Source of the DNA: Chamaesiphon sp.
Lineage (GTDB): Bacteria > Cyanobacteriota > Cyanobacteriia > Cyanobacteriales > Chamaesiphonaceae
Reading direction: 5' to 3'
Assembly (NCBI GenBank): GCA_965246715.1
Contig: CBDFFH010000054.1
Coordinates: 1-64,000 of the forward strand
DNA: 64,000 nt
A program made the translations under genes and the position numbers. Positions 31,469 to 42,301 of this stretch are shown here, in pieces. Below the pieces are notes generated by a model. The model was not told the origin of the DNA and made no database searches. It was given only the letters and a program-made list of their open reading frames with translations. Position 1 is the stretch's first letter, and every line of letters begins with the position of its first letter.

Positions 31469-32467
31469 CTAAACATTGGCATAAATTCGTCCATCTGGCA
31501 TCTTGGCCCCAGTTAGGATCGTACCTACCATACTGGCACTACTCATCTCTGCCCGCATCAAATTTGCATCGGTGAGATCGGCATCTTCGAGATCTGTTTT
31601 GGCTAGATGTGCCTCGATTAATTCTACGCGGATCATCGTAGCGTAGGATAGATTCGTGCGCGTGAGATCGGCATGGTGCATCCGTGCGTCAGTGAGATCG
31701 GCATAACTTAAATTACTATTTGCTAACTTAATCTTGGACATGATCGCTCTGGTCAGATTTACGCCAGTCAGATCGCAGGCTGTCAGCGTCGCCCGTTCGA
31801 GCTTAGCGAGCGAAAGATCGGCATGGGGTAAATTTGCCTCGTGCAAATTAGCTTCGGTGAGGATCGCACTCGTTAATTTCGCACCTGTTAAATTTGCGCC
31901 AGTGAGATCTGTCCCTTTGAGATTCGCTTCAGTCAAGTTAGCATAGCTCAAATCGACTTTTGAAAGATTGGCTCCCGCCATGTTGGCATTGCGGAGATCG
32001 GCACGAACGAGTTTGGCACTGCGGAGATTGGAGATATAACTGCGCTTTTCTTCGCGGAAATTAGCCGCCCGCAAACAGGCACCGCTGAGATTGGCACCAC
32101 TGAGGTTGACATTGCGGAGGTCAGCATCCATCAGATTGGCATCGAGGAGATTTACCCAGGTCATATCAGCCCCGCGAAAATCGGCATTTTGCAGACTAGC
32201 TCCATGTAAATCTGCATCGCGTAAATTGGCACCTTGAAGGTCGGCTCTAATCAGCGTCACACCAGCTAGCTTACAGCTAGAGAGGTTTGTCTTCAGTAGT
32301 TGGGCGCGATTGAGATAAGCAAACGTGAGATTGCTTTTGCGCAAATCGGCTTGGTTGAGCACGATGTCGATTAGATCTTGAGCGACTAAACTAAAGCCAC
32401 TAAGATCGACTGAGGTGAAGTCTCTTTCGCCGCCACGATATCGCCACAATAGTTCTTCCGCATCCAT
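31469..32467 (-). CDS. Pentapeptide-repeat protein
   Basis: A(D/N)LXX repeats throughout; ELLWRYRGGERDF start and GAKMPDG end. Confidence 0.95.
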   Translation of the reverse strand: MDAEELLWRYRGGERDFTSVDLSGFSLVAQDLIDIVLNQADLRKSNLTFAYLNRAQLLKTNLSSCKLAGVTLIRADLQGANLRDADLHGASLQNADFRGADMTWVNLLDANLMDADLRNVNLSGANLSGACLRAANFREEKRSYISNLRSAKLVRADLRNANMAGANLSKVDLSYANLTEANLKGTDLTGANLTGAKLTSAILTEANLHEANLPHADLSLAKLERATLTACDLTGVNLTRAIMSKIKLANSNLSYADLTDARMHHADLTRTNLSYATMIRVELIEAHLAKTDLEDADLTDANLMRAEMSSASMVGTILTGAKMPDGRIYANV

Positions 32468-32659
32468 AACCCAGCCAGTATCCAGTTGATGATGTCTCTG
32501 TTATTATGCCCACCAGATAGTTGACTGTTATCAGTCGATCGAGCTGTTTGGCAGAATTTTAGAGATAATCCGATTTACGGCAGCGATCGCCAATGTCAAG
32601 AATATCCTACAACCTTGGCAAAAATGCTGGTGTAGCAATGTTAACGCCAGCGACCGCCA

Positions 32660-33802
32660 TCAAATTTTAAAAAACCAGCGTTGACTGTACATCAGATAGG
32701 CGATGCCCAACCAGAGCAGTACAGTCGCGATCGCAAATAATACGCCGCTATTTAAAGTACCTGCCCAACCAAAGAGCGCGTTATTCAACCACTCATAAAC
32801 TGATTTAGCGCGATCGCCACTACCAATTTGATTTACCATGAGTAACTTAATCAGGACGATCGAAGCAATATAGAGAAAAATCGCATTCAAGCCCATTATT
32901 TCAAATGGTTTGAACCACTTTCGATATTTCCGCACGTCCACTAGTTCGTAACAAGCCGCTAAGGAGATTAACCCCCAACCTGTAGTAAACATTACGAATG
33001 AACTCGTCCACAGTTTCTTATTAATCGGAAAGAAACTATTCCAAATCAGGCCGATTACTACAGCCGCTAAACCAAACATTAATAAGTTGAGACTCGTGCG
33101 CGAAGCCACTGGTTGCCGCTTGAGCCAATCGCCCGTGAGAAATCCAAACAACACATTCACGATCGCGGATAACGTGCTAAATAAACCTTCAGGATCGCTC
33201 AAATAACCAGAGCCTTTATGTAAATGTGACTTGGTAAGGATCGTTCGATCGATATAAGCACCAAGATTGCCTGCTTGGCTGAATGCACCATCACTATTAT
33301 CTAAAGCTGGGAAGAAAGTTAACAAGATCCAGTAAGCAATTAAAATCGTTCCTGCTAAAATCCAGATCCGCCGATTTGAGAGATTTAAAATCGCGATCGC
33401 GGCCAAGAAAAAAGCAATCCCAATCCGCTGCAACACTCCCATGACACGCAGATGTTCGAGATCGGGAAAGATCTTGGGACTGGTGACATTAAAGTTCCAT
33501 AGCAAATTGTTTAAGAGTAATCCTAACCCAAATAAAATCAGACTACGGCGAACGAATTGCCAATAAACAGCCTTGGTAATATTGACACTACCGCTGGTAT
33601 ATCTAGCCAGCGAAAAAGCCATTGCTACGCCGATAATATACAAGAAAAATGGAAACACTAGATCGGCGATCGTGCAACCATGCCAAGGCGCATGCTCGAG
33701 CCAGAGATATTTTTTGTCATCATCGGGCAGACTCGCCATGTTGACTAAAATCATCATCGCGATCGTGATTCCACGGAAGACATCTAAAGAGGTTAAACGC
33801 AT
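32660..33802 (-). CDS. Heparan-alpha-glucosaminide N-acetyltransferase-like membrane acyltransferase
   Basis: RLTSLDVFRG, HAPWHG, DLVFPFF, GVLQRI, DPEG, PINKKLWTSS. Confidence 0.88.
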   Translation of the reverse strand: MRLTSLDVFRGITIAMMILVNMASLPDDDKKYLWLEHAPWHGCTIADLVFPFFLYIIGVAMAFSLARYTSGSVNITKAVYWQFVRRSLILFGLGLLLNNLLWNFNVTSPKIFPDLEHLRVMGVLQRIGIAFFLAAIAILNLSNRRIWILAGTILIAYWILLTFFPALDNSDGAFSQAGNLGAYIDRTILTKSHLHKGSGYLSDPEGLFSTLSAIVNVLFGFLTGDWLKRQPVASRTSLNLLMFGLAAVVIGLIWNSFFPINKKLWTSSFVMFTTGWGLISLAACYELVDVRKYRKWFKPFEIMGLNAIFLYIASIVLIKLLMVNQIGSGDRAKSVYEWLNNALFGWAGTLNSGVLFAIATVLLWLGIAYLMYSQRWFFKI

Positions 33803-33882
33803 AGGGATGGAATGAGGTGAGGGGTCGATCTTCCCCAAAACAGTGTTAGCTCTGACAGATTCATCATGGGTTTTGTTGCTAA

Positions 33883-35136
33883 TTATTCTTCGCTACCGAT
33901 TAAGAGAACGAGTGTCGCGATACAGGCAAAAAAGGCTCCGACGGCAAACGTAAATCCCGAACCGAGCGATTGCCAGCACAGACCAGCAATTAAATTGGCG
34001 ATTAATAATGTAATCCCGATCGAGATATTAAATAGACTAAATGCTGTGCCGCGCCTAGCAGGGTCTACAGCGCGATCGACTAGATCGATGAGCAAACCCT
34101 GAACGATGGCCAAATGGAGTCCGTACAAGGCAAATAAACACCAAATCTGCACCTGATTGGTGACGACTGCCAATCCAAAGTAAACAATGACATGTAGCAA
34201 GAAACCAGCTAGAAGCAGGCGGATTTTGAGGACTCGATCGACGATCGCACTCAGCGGATAGGATGCCAAGGCAAATACTAAATTCATAATTATCAGTCCC
34301 ACTGGAATAAATGCTGGGGGAATGGCGATTTCCACCGATCGCATTAGTAAAAAAGCATCGCTAGAATTGCCGAGATTGAAAAAGATGGCAACAACGAGTA
34401 GCAGCCAATATTCTGCACCTAAATACGGTAAATCGCGCCAATAAATCGGGTTGTAATTCTGTTGCGAGGATTGCGATTGCGGAGGATACCGCTCGTAAAA
34501 ATCATCGTTCCCAGCGAGTAATCCCGTAATTTCCGCAGGCATCATCAAGGTTTTGCGCTGTTTTTGAGCTGGTTTGACGACAATAATCAATACCGCCAAT
34601 GCCATACAACTGGGAATTAACGCGCCAGAAAATACCAGCTTGTAATCATTCCGGTAAAAAAATAAGATTGCTCCAGCGATAATCGAACCGATACAAGCAC
34701 CAGAAATTAATAACGACTGGCGCAATCGATATGCTTCCGTCCGCATTTCATCAGAGGTGACATCGGCCATCAAGGCTTTGCGCGGCGCGACACTGATACC
34801 CTGTCCGAATCGATCGCCAAATTGGGCAAAAACGATCCACAATGGATCGATCGCTATTGCCAGGAGCGGGCGCATCAATGCAGAAAGCGCATAACCAATG
34901 ACAGCCAGACCTTTTTGCATCCCTAAATAGTCGCTCAGTCCGCCCGAAAATACCCGCATAATCGCTACCGTTGCTGCCGAGACACCTTCGATCTCACCGA
35001 CTGTCAAAGCGCCGTTTTGGAAACTTAACAGCACAAAAATCGGTAATACCGATCGAATCATTTCCGCGCTAATATCTGCCAATAGGCTGGCGATACTCAA
35101 AATCCAAACATGGCGCGGCAACCGAGCGACTCTCAT
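33883..35136 (-). CDS. MFS transporter
   Basis: About 12 TM segments; GGLSDY, DRFGQGI..APR, GNSSDAFLL. Confidence 0.88.
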   Translation of the reverse strand: MRVARLPRHVWILSIASLLADISAEMIRSVLPIFVLLSFQNGALTVGEIEGVSAATVAIMRVFSGGLSDYLGMQKGLAVIGYALSALMRPLLAIAIDPLWIVFAQFGDRFGQGISVAPRKALMADVTSDEMRTEAYRLRQSLLISGACIGSIIAGAILFFYRNDYKLVFSGALIPSCMALAVLIIVVKPAQKQRKTLMMPAEITGLLAGNDDFYERYPPQSQSSQQNYNPIYWRDLPYLGAEYWLLLVVAIFFNLGNSSDAFLLMRSVEIAIPPAFIPVGLIIMNLVFALASYPLSAIVDRVLKIRLLLAGFLLHVIVYFGLAVVTNQVQIWCLFALYGLHLAIVQGLLIDLVDRAVDPARRGTAFSLFNISIGITLLIANLIAGLCWQSLGSGFTFAVGAFFACIATLVLLIGSEE

Positions 35137-35163
35137 AAATTAGGGAAATAGATTGTAAGGTAA

Positions 35164-35313
35164 TAACACAGACATCACAGCGGTTAAAACCGCCGCTTGT
35201 GATGCAAAGTCCGCCTTCGCGGACTTGTTTATTAGTCCGCGAAGGCGGACTTTGCAACATTAGCCACGATTTCAATCGTTGGCAATTCTATAAGTAGCAA
35301 GCAACTTGGGATA
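35164..35313. mobile_element. TAACCCAAGTTGCTAC-family element (copy 2, eroded left end, empty insertion sites)
   Basis: GCGGTTAAAACCGC, GCAAAGTCCGCCTTCGCGGACT..AGTCCGCGAAGGCGGACTTTGC, CCACGATTT^CAATCG, GCAACTTGGG. Confidence 0.75.
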
Positions 35314-35349
35314 ACTAGCAGGGTAGAGTAGTCTGCCCCCTGCTAGTTA
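35312..35349. terminator. Hairpin downstream of the SLH gene
   Basis: TAACTAGCAGGG...CCCTGCTAGTTA. Confidence 0.5.
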
Positions 35350-35366
35350 GCGAGCGCCAAGCGCGA

Positions 35367-36365
35367 TTATGGTTGTTGTTGAGGCTGAATTTTGCCTTCT
35401 TTAACTAACGCCTCATAAATTGTCGCTGCGGCATCAGCTCTAGTCGCATTTTGGACGGGCTTGAGGAGATTGGGTGTATCATCTTTAATTGCCAAACCGC
35501 CAGCTACTGCCGCTGCCAGCTTTTCTTTGGCGTATTTGGGCGCTTGGCTGGCATCGCTGAATTTGCTCAGTGCGCTATCCTGGCTGGCAGGTGCTGGCAA
35601 TTGCAGTCCTTTCGCTAGTGAAATTAACAATTGATAGCGAGGAATGGTTTGATTGGGGGCAAATTTAGTTGGTGAGTAACCCGTCATGAAGCCAATTTTG
35701 ACCGATTTATCGATCGCTTCTTTGCGCGGGTAATCGGTAGGAATATCATTGAAGCTAGCGGTTGATGCGGTAGCGGGTTTATCGGCAAATGCTCGATCGA
35801 GCATTTTGGCATATTCACCTCTAGTAATCGGCTGATTTGGGTCGAATTTACCAGTGCCAAAATCATCGAGAATGCCACGTTTTCGCAATTCGCTGATGTA
35901 TGTTTCACCCCAAAACTGTTTGGGTACATCGGTAAATGCTGGTTTGGCCGCAACTGGGGTTACTGGTGTGGGCGTAATGACAGTAGGCGGGACGATAATT
36001 GTCGTTGGCGAAGTCACTTTTGGCGTTTCTGCTGGCACTTCGACTGTTTTAACGATCGTCGTTGGTGTCGTTGTCGTTACAGTATTCTGTTCTGATTTAG
36101 GCACGGTACTCACGCTCGGAGCGCGATTTTGTTGGAAGATCGGTTCGTCGTTACCGAGCAGCCCCACTCTACCGTTATCAGAAGTATCGCCGCCGACTTT
36201 AGCAACTCCACCTTGGAGTAGGTTTAACGGGCGGTATTTTTGACCGATACCCCAGAAAAATACCGTACCGATTCCAGCTAAAGCTACCACGATCGCGATT
36301 AATTCATCAGCAGTCAAGCGTCTGCGACGATTAGGGTTAGGAGTTTGATTCGGTAAATTAGTCAT
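35367..36365 (-). CDS. Membrane-anchored S-layer homology (SLH) domain protein
   Basis: N-terminal TM, Thr/Pro linker, three SLH repeats (FTDVP..W, ITRGE, ATRADAA). Confidence 0.88.
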   Translation of the reverse strand: MTNLPNQTPNPNRRRRLTADELIAIVVALAGIGTVFFWGIGQKYRPLNLLQGGVAKVGGDTSDNGRVGLLGNDEPIFQQNRAPSVSTVPKSEQNTVTTTTPTTIVKTVEVPAETPKVTSPTTIIVPPTVITPTPVTPVAAKPAFTDVPKQFWGETYISELRKRGILDDFGTGKFDPNQPITRGEYAKMLDRAFADKPATASTASFNDIPTDYPRKEAIDKSVKIGFMTGYSPTKFAPNQTIPRYQLLISLAKGLQLPAPASQDSALSKFSDASQAPKYAKEKLAAAVAGGLAIKDDTPNLLKPVQNATRADAAATIYEALVKEGKIQPQQQP

Positions 36366-36575
36366 GTTTTTGCCTTAATCCTAAATTTAATAACTCGATC
36401 GATTCTAGAATTTTTAATCTCTTTAAAGTTGGCGAGTGGTACTCGATTGATTCCGCCAGCTTTGGGGTTATTTTAGCTAGGATTATCGCATTATTTACCT
36501 TGAGTTACACAAAAGTTGAGCATTTAGTGATAATTATGTCACGCGGCGAGCGGCGATCGATGTAGTAGTTATAAG

Positions 36576-37214
36576 TTAGATTTTTACCCAGCCAACTTGA
36601 GTTAAAATTGCCTGAATCTCTAATTGGATCGATGCTTCAGATCGATTGGCATCGATTCTCACGATCCGCTCCGAATAGATACTTGCTAAGTCTTGATAAC
36701 CTTGTCGAACGCGTTGATGAAAATCCAATGTTGCGCGTTCCATCCGATCGGGTTGTCCGCGCAAAGCTACTCGCTGCAAACCCAATGTTACCTCCAAGTC
36801 GAACCACAGCGTCAAGTCGCTTTGTAAGCCGCCTGTAGCCAACTGATTGACGCGATCGATCTCTTCCCGATCGAACCCCCGTCCATAGCCCTGATACGCG
36901 ATCGTGGAATCGGTAAATCGATCGCACAACACAATATCCCCACGCTCCAGATGCGGTCTGATTACCGATTCTACATGTTGAGCGCGATCGGCACCATATA
37001 ACAATAATTCAGTGCGGCGATCGATCCAACCATTCGGATCGTCCAACAACAGTTGGCGAATTTTTTGCCCCAATTTCGTACCGCCTGGTTCGCGGGTAGT
37101 GACAATCGCTCGATCGATCCCACAGCAGCTTTGTAGCCAAGCTGCTGTCTGTTGAATCTGGGTAGTTTTACCAGCACCCTCTACTCCTTCAAATACGATA
37201 AATTTGCCGCTCAT
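36576..37214 (-). CDS. tmk: Thymidylate kinase
   Basis: FEGVEGAGKTTQ, REPGGT, DRFTDSTIAYQGYGR. Confidence 0.96.
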   Translation of the reverse strand: MSGKFIVFEGVEGAGKTTQIQQTAAWLQSCCGIDRAIVTTREPGGTKLGQKIRQLLLDDPNGWIDRRTELLLYGADRAQHVESVIRPHLERGDIVLCDRFTDSTIAYQGYGRGFDREEIDRVNQLATGGLQSDLTLWFDLEVTLGLQRVALRGQPDRMERATLDFHQRVRQGYQDLASIYSERIVRIDANRSEASIQLEIQAILTQVGWVKI

Positions 37215-37350
37215 TTCCCTGCTAGTTGGATGGATCTTCAATACAAATTGGTATACCAATCAAATTGGTCGACTAATCTGGTAATATGTCAAGATAATTT
37301 GGGTAATTAGATTTGGTTTATCGCACATTTCACACACACTCTAAATCCTT

Positions 37351-37722
37351 ATGTCTCGTTACATCTGCCATTTTTTAGTCAATCTTTCGCCACAGAGCGT
37401 CCGCGCACCGCTTAAAAAAATGCTAGAGAATTGTCGGATGGAGACAATCTACGATCTCGAAGACTACATGATGGCAAGGGAAATTCCCGGTCGCGTCTCA
37501 TTTACGAAGTTGGTAACAGCCGAAGTCTTGATAAACACGACAAACGCTACCCATGATGCTGTCACACTTAGCTTTGTTGTGAAAAATGAGGAGCTACCGC
37601 TCAATACCAACAATCATTGTCGCCAAATATTCGATCTCCTGCGGGTTGCCCTCGAACAACATGATGACTGGCAACCAATTAATAGTTTACAACCCATCTC
37701 TACGCTCGTCGCAACTAAATAA
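37351..37722 (+). CDS. Conserved hypothetical protein
   Basis: DYMMAREIPGRVSFTKLVTAEVLI, VVKNEELPL..NNHCRQ. Confidence 0.75.
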   Translation: MSRYICHFLVNLSPQSVRAPLKKMLENCRMETIYDLEDYMMAREIPGRVSFTKLVTAEVLINTTNATHDAVTLSFVVKNEELPLNTNNHCRQIFDLLRVALEQHDDWQPINSLQPISTLVATK

Positions 37723-37764
37723 GTAAACTCCGGATCTCGATGAGACACCCCACAGTGAATCGGT

Positions 37765-37793
37765 AAAAAAAATCCCCCTATTGCTAGGGGGAT
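37765..37793. terminator. Intrinsic terminator between convergent genes
   Basis: A-tract plus ATCCCCCTA-TTGC-TAGGGGGAT. Confidence 0.7.
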
Positions 37794-37832
37794 CTAAGTT
37801 CTAAGCGATGCATTCACACCGCAGAGCGACTA

Positions 37833-38786
37833 CTAAACCAGTTTGAGATCGGGATAGTGAGCTAAGATATCATCAGTGGTGAGAGCGTCGCCATTAGCTT
37901 GCGGTGTCCAAATAGCTTCGATCGCGACTAAAGCACTTGCATCGAGGCTACCTAAAGTTTGTAAAGCTTGGCGCAGATCCGCATCGCCATTAATTTTCGG
38001 GAGTTGGAGCGGACGAGTTGCCGCGACTAACAGAGTAACGATGATATATTCGCTGCGTTCTTGCTCAACTGTTGCCAACTCGCCAGTAGATGGGAGTGCT
38101 GCATTAGTCTCAGCCTGACGCAGTTGATTGTTGACCTTACTCAGTGTCTCGGTTGTAAATTTACCCCGCTCGGCGAGAGACAACTGATTGAAGACAGCTT
38201 CAGCTCGATCGAGTTTGGCTTGTTGCGTGCTCGTCTTACCGTAAGTCCAATATTCTGGGTGACGCAGCAGTTCGAGGCTGGTTTCTTGGAGCAGGTACAT
38301 TCTGCCCGAAGCGGTATCGGCGTTGACAGTTTCCGCGAGTCGGTCTAGTTTAGACTGAACGTCACGCGCCTCAGCTAATAAACCAACTTGAATTTCGGCG
38401 ATCGATACTTGAGGATTGTAGACATCTCCTTCAAAACTATCTCCACCAGTCGCCCGTCGGAAACTTTGGAGTAAAAAGCCGCCGACCGCTACCATAACTA
38501 AGAGCGACAGTAGACTGCCACCGCCACCACCAAATAAGAATGGGATATAGAAAGGTGAGAAGCCGCCACCATAACCGTAGCCACCACCGCGATTGGAGTA
38601 GCCGCCACTAGGCGAGCTATATCCCCGACTGGGCGCGCGGAACGAGCCACCACCGATGCGTCCGCCACTCCGCGCTGCCAGAGCATCGCCAGTTTGAGCG
38701 AAGACCAGAGTTAGGGCTAATCCGACTGCTACGGCGGACTTCACCCAGGGTTTAATAAGAGCGAGCAGTTGCTTGACCATAACCAC
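37833..38786 (-). CDS. DUF1517 (FLAP1-like) protein
   Basis: SGGRIGGGSF, Gly-rich segment plus TM, QVGLLA, LLRHPEYW, WTPQ. Confidence 0.88.
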   Translation of the reverse strand: MVMVKQLLALIKPWVKSAVAVGLALTLVFAQTGDALAARSGGRIGGGSFRAPSRGYSSPSGGYSNRGGGYGYGGGFSPFYIPFLFGGGGGSLLSLLVMVAVGGFLLQSFRRATGGDSFEGDVYNPQVSIAEIQVGLLAEARDVQSKLDRLAETVNADTASGRMYLLQETSLELLRHPEYWTYGKTSTQQAKLDRAEAVFNQLSLAERGKFTTETLSKVNNQLRQAETNAALPSTGELATVEQERSEYIIVTLLVAATRPLQLPKINGDADLRQALQTLGSLDASALVAIEAIWTPQANGDALTTDDILAHYPDLKLV

Positions 38787-39004
38787 CTATATTAAAAGCT
38801 TATCGATTCTTTTACTGTAACGACTTTGCCGATCGAAAGTCATTAGCGATCGAATTTCTTCAATTTTAACGCGGTGGTACTGAGGTCAGAAATGCTGTGA
38901 GATGTAGAGATAACCACCCTTGAATTAGGGAGTAGGGGATAGGGAATAGGCGTTAGGTTTTCTAGTGACTAGTCACTAGCCACTACTGTTCACTATCCCC
39001 TAAC

Positions 39005-41176
39005 TTAGAATCTTTCGCCGATCCCGAATTGAATCCGAGTTTCCGAGCGATTGTTGAGAGCATAATCGATCCGAATCGGGCCGATTGGCGAGTTGATCCG
39101 CAGTCCCGCACCATAACCAAAGCCATTACCCGGTTTGCCGCGAACTCCGCCTGGATTCCCTGGAACGCTGTTGCCAGTGCCCAAATCGGTACCATAATCT
39201 AAAAATACTTCCCCACCCACGATCGAGACTAATGGAAAACGGTACTCTGCCGTAGCTTGGACGTAACTGCGTCCGGAACCGACATCGCCATCCTCATAGC
39301 CTCGGACGGAGGTAGTACCGCCCAAACTGAAAGCTTCATAAGGTGGTAGATCGCCGAGAATCGTGCCCCCTTGAATATTAAATACCAACGCCTGGGAACC
39401 CGGAGTAAAATTGACTAATTTTACTGGGGTGTAGTTAGTAAAACTAGCTCGCGCCCTCGTCATTAAAATATTCCCCAAACCGACTGGGATCGACTGATCC
39501 AAGCCTGCTTTAAATAATGAACCTTGGGTCGGATCGGTAAAATTATTCCGTAAATCCTGAGTCACTCCGAATTGCACCATCAACAGATCGTCTTGCCCAG
39601 TCTTACTAAAGCTGAGATCGTTGCCGCTGGTATCTTTGGGCACGATCCCGTTCCCGTTAATATCGCGCGTCGATACCCGTTGGTACTGCACTCCTAATGA
39701 AGCCCGGAGACTGCTATCGCTAAACGGATCGCCATTGAGCGGACGTGAGAAGGTAATCCCGCCCCCTTGCCGGAAAATGGTCGGTGTATCGGTAGTTCCA
39801 GGGATAAACTGCGGAGTTTTACCGCCACCAAAGACGAGCGACAGCGATCGCTGTTGAAAAATATTGACGTTGTAAGATGTGCGATTGGGATCGGTCGCGA
39901 TCCATGGGTCGGAGAAGTTGATGTTGTACAGTGTCGATAGCGAACCTACTTGAATTTCCGCACCTAATTTTTGGGCGTTGCCCCCGACATTAAGTTGGTT
40001 GTAGGTAACACTTCCAAATAGACCATTAGTGGAGCTAATCCCGCCCCCAGCCAAGATCGAAGAAGTCTTACGCTCGATGACATTTAGTTGCAGGACGACC
40101 TTTGCGGGATCGGTACCTGGCGCAAACGATACGCGCACATCGTCAAATAAGCCCAAGCCATAGATCCGGCGCAAATCCTTTTCAGCAGTCGATCGATTAA
40201 AAATCTTACCCGGTTTTAATTCAGCTTCACGGGTGATAATAAACGGCCGAGTCAAACCTTTAATTGGTTGTTTTTTATCATCTACGAGCGAACCATCCTT
40301 GGTTAAAAAGCGCACCTGAACGTCTTCGATCAGTCCTTCCGCAATAACTAAATTGAGCTTCCCATCGGCACCGAGTTCTTCAACATCGACGACTTGGGCG
40401 AGGTTATAACCTTGTGCTTGATAGAGTTGGTTGAGTTGCTTGATTGCAGCTTGCAATTCGACTGCATTGAGGCGTTTACCATATTGCCCTTGAAAGATGC
40501 GATCGATATCCGCTTGTTTGATGACTGTGCTGCTATTTGTAGGCAGCGTCTTGATTTGGACTTGGGTTAACACACCATATGGAGCAACCACGAAGCTGAG
40601 TCTCACTCCCTTGGCGGTATCTTCTGGTAAAATTTCTACCGAAGAAAAAGCACCCAAAGCACGGATGGCATTTAAATTTTGTTCCAGTTGCGCGCGAGTC
40701 GTTGGTTGTCCGGGTTTAACGGTGAGGACTTGGCGGATTTTGGCTTCTAAGTCTGGGCTTAAAGCACCTTGGCGGCTTTTGATGATGATATCTGAGACAA
40801 GTACTGGCTTTTGCGCGTCGGCTGGTGCTGGGGTAGCTGGAGTCTGCCCGGGGGTAGCTGGAGTTTGTCCGGGGGTAGGCGTGGCACTCGGCGGTGTTGT
40901 CTGTGCTACAGGTTTTGCGGCTGGTTTGCGCCTGACGATCGATTTGCGTGGTTTCTTCGCTAGCGCGATGAGGTCTTTGGCTGTCGCGATCTCACCAGGA
41001 TTGACGATTGCCGTCTGGCTCCCGTTCGGGGTATTTTTTGAGATCGACAGCGACTGGGACAACGTATTTTGCGAACTTAGCCGATCGAGTTTTGCTGAGT
41101 CGGCATTGGCTGCGATCGTATATCCAAGCTGACCGATTGCGGCAAAAGTAATGACTGAAAGTAATTTAAAAGGCAT
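39005..41176 (-). CDS. Omp85/BamA-family outer-membrane protein
   Basis: POTRA domains, LGGTTSVRGY, SPIGPIRIDYA, terminal FGIGERF. Confidence 0.93.
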   Translation of the reverse strand: MPFKLLSVITFAAIGQLGYTIAANADSAKLDRLSSQNTLSQSLSISKNTPNGSQTAIVNPGEIATAKDLIALAKKPRKSIVRRKPAAKPVAQTTPPSATPTPGQTPATPGQTPATPAPADAQKPVLVSDIIIKSRQGALSPDLEAKIRQVLTVKPGQPTTRAQLEQNLNAIRALGAFSSVEILPEDTAKGVRLSFVVAPYGVLTQVQIKTLPTNSSTVIKQADIDRIFQGQYGKRLNAVELQAAIKQLNQLYQAQGYNLAQVVDVEELGADGKLNLVIAEGLIEDVQVRFLTKDGSLVDDKKQPIKGLTRPFIITREAELKPGKIFNRSTAEKDLRRIYGLGLFDDVRVSFAPGTDPAKVVLQLNVIERKTSSILAGGGISSTNGLFGSVTYNQLNVGGNAQKLGAEIQVGSLSTLYNINFSDPWIATDPNRTSYNVNIFQQRSLSLVFGGGKTPQFIPGTTDTPTIFRQGGGITFSRPLNGDPFSDSSLRASLGVQYQRVSTRDINGNGIVPKDTSGNDLSFSKTGQDDLLMVQFGVTQDLRNNFTDPTQGSLFKAGLDQSIPVGLGNILMTRARASFTNYTPVKLVNFTPGSQALVFNIQGGTILGDLPPYEAFSLGGTTSVRGYEDGDVGSGRSYVQATAEYRFPLVSIVGGEVFLDYGTDLGTGNSVPGNPGGVRGKPGNGFGYGAGLRINSPIGPIRIDYALNNRSETRIQFGIGERF

Positions 41177-41183
41177 TCTTATA

Positions 41184-41215
41184 TAGTGGCTAGTGGCTAG
41201 TGGCTGGTAGCTAGT
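41184..41215. repeat. Heptamer tandem repeat (TAGTGGC)3
   Basis: TAGTGGCTAGTGGCTAGTGGCTGGTAGC. Confidence 0.7.
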
Positions 41216-41250
41216 AAATAGCGAGCGACTGAGATCGCCTCCGATGGCTA

Positions 41251-41982
41251 TTACTGGACTCCTAAAACTCTGTGTAGAACTTGTTGATAAGCATCTTCAA
41301 TATTGCCCATGTCCCGGCGGAACCGATCTTTATCTAAGACTCGTAGATTGGGATCGGGTTCCCCCGTCAGCCATAATCTACAACTATCGGGACTGATTTC
41401 ATCTGCTAGCAAGATCTGCTGTTGACTGTCAAGACCGAATTCGATTTTGAAATCAACCAGTGTAATTCCACATTGTTGAAAAAAGTTTTGTAGAATAAGA
41501 TTAATCTGTAATGCTTTTGTGTGTAGGATGTCCACTTCTGCTGGTGTGGCTAGCTGCATCAGTAGGAGCCGATCGAGCGTTAATAACGGGTCGCCCAAAG
41601 CATCATTCTTGTAAAAGAATTCAACTAATGGCTTGGGTAAAAGCGTGCCTAAGGCTATTCCTGTTTGTTGACAGAGACTACCTGCCGCAATGTTCCGCAC
41701 GACTACTTCGATCGGGATAATTTTTACTGCCTTGACACGCATTTTGTCTGCTGCCGGACAGTCGATAAAATGGGTTGCGATGCCAGCAGCTGCGATCGAC
41801 TTAAATAAATGAGCGGCGATTTGACAGTTGATTTCTCCCTTGCCTGCGATCGTACCGCGTTTTTGGGCATTAAAAGCGGTGGCATCATCTTTAAAATAAG
41901 CCAACAATATTTCTGGATCTGCTGTAGCATACAAAATTTTAGCTTTGCCTTCGTAAATCTGCGGATGACTGTTCATGTCCAA
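41251..41982 (-). CDS. purC: SAICAR synthase
   Basis: YEGKAK, KDDATAFN, EVVVRN, LVDFKIEFG, LADEISPDSCRLW. Confidence 0.97.
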   Translation of the reverse strand: MDMNSHPQIYEGKAKILYATADPEILLAYFKDDATAFNAQKRGTIAGKGEINCQIAAHLFKSIAAAGIATHFIDCPAADKMRVKAVKIIPIEVVVRNIAAGSLCQQTGIALGTLLPKPLVEFFYKNDALGDPLLTLDRLLLMQLATPAEVDILHTKALQINLILQNFFQQCGITLVDFKIEFGLDSQQQILLADEISPDSCRLWLTGEPDPNLRVLDKDRFRRDMGNIEDAYQQVLHRVLGVQ

Positions 41983-42091
41983 ATATTTTAAATTAAGGTG
42001 GAAGCATTAAATTTTAGTCGATTATCGCTCGCCAATGGTCGCGATCGCTCATCACGCTCTAGACTTACCAGCCGATACCTTTAGCTGGCAT

Positions 42092-42121
42092 AATTTAACG
42101 ATAGGTTAAGGAACGGTTAAA
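42092..42121 (-). promoter_or_regulatory. Candidate Pho-box-like triple direct repeat
   Basis: Minus strand TTTAACCG-ttc-CTTAACCT-atc-GTTAAATT with 11-bp period. Confidence 0.45.
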
Positions 42122-42301
42122 CTTGGCACAATATCACCTACAAATTGTCAAGTAAGATAGCGCAGTATCTCGATCGGGGGCAAGCGGCGATCTGCCCGGA
42201 ACGAGCTATTCAGACACCATTCGATCGAGTGGGTAGTCCGATCCTGCGGTCGATCTCTGGCTTTAGTAGTGGTTTATCTCAACATCTAGGCACCAATACC
42301 C

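Noticed and set aside
40825..40880. 21-nt tandem repeat in the Omp85 gene
   Set aside because: Encodes an ordinary PGQTPAT linker in frame.
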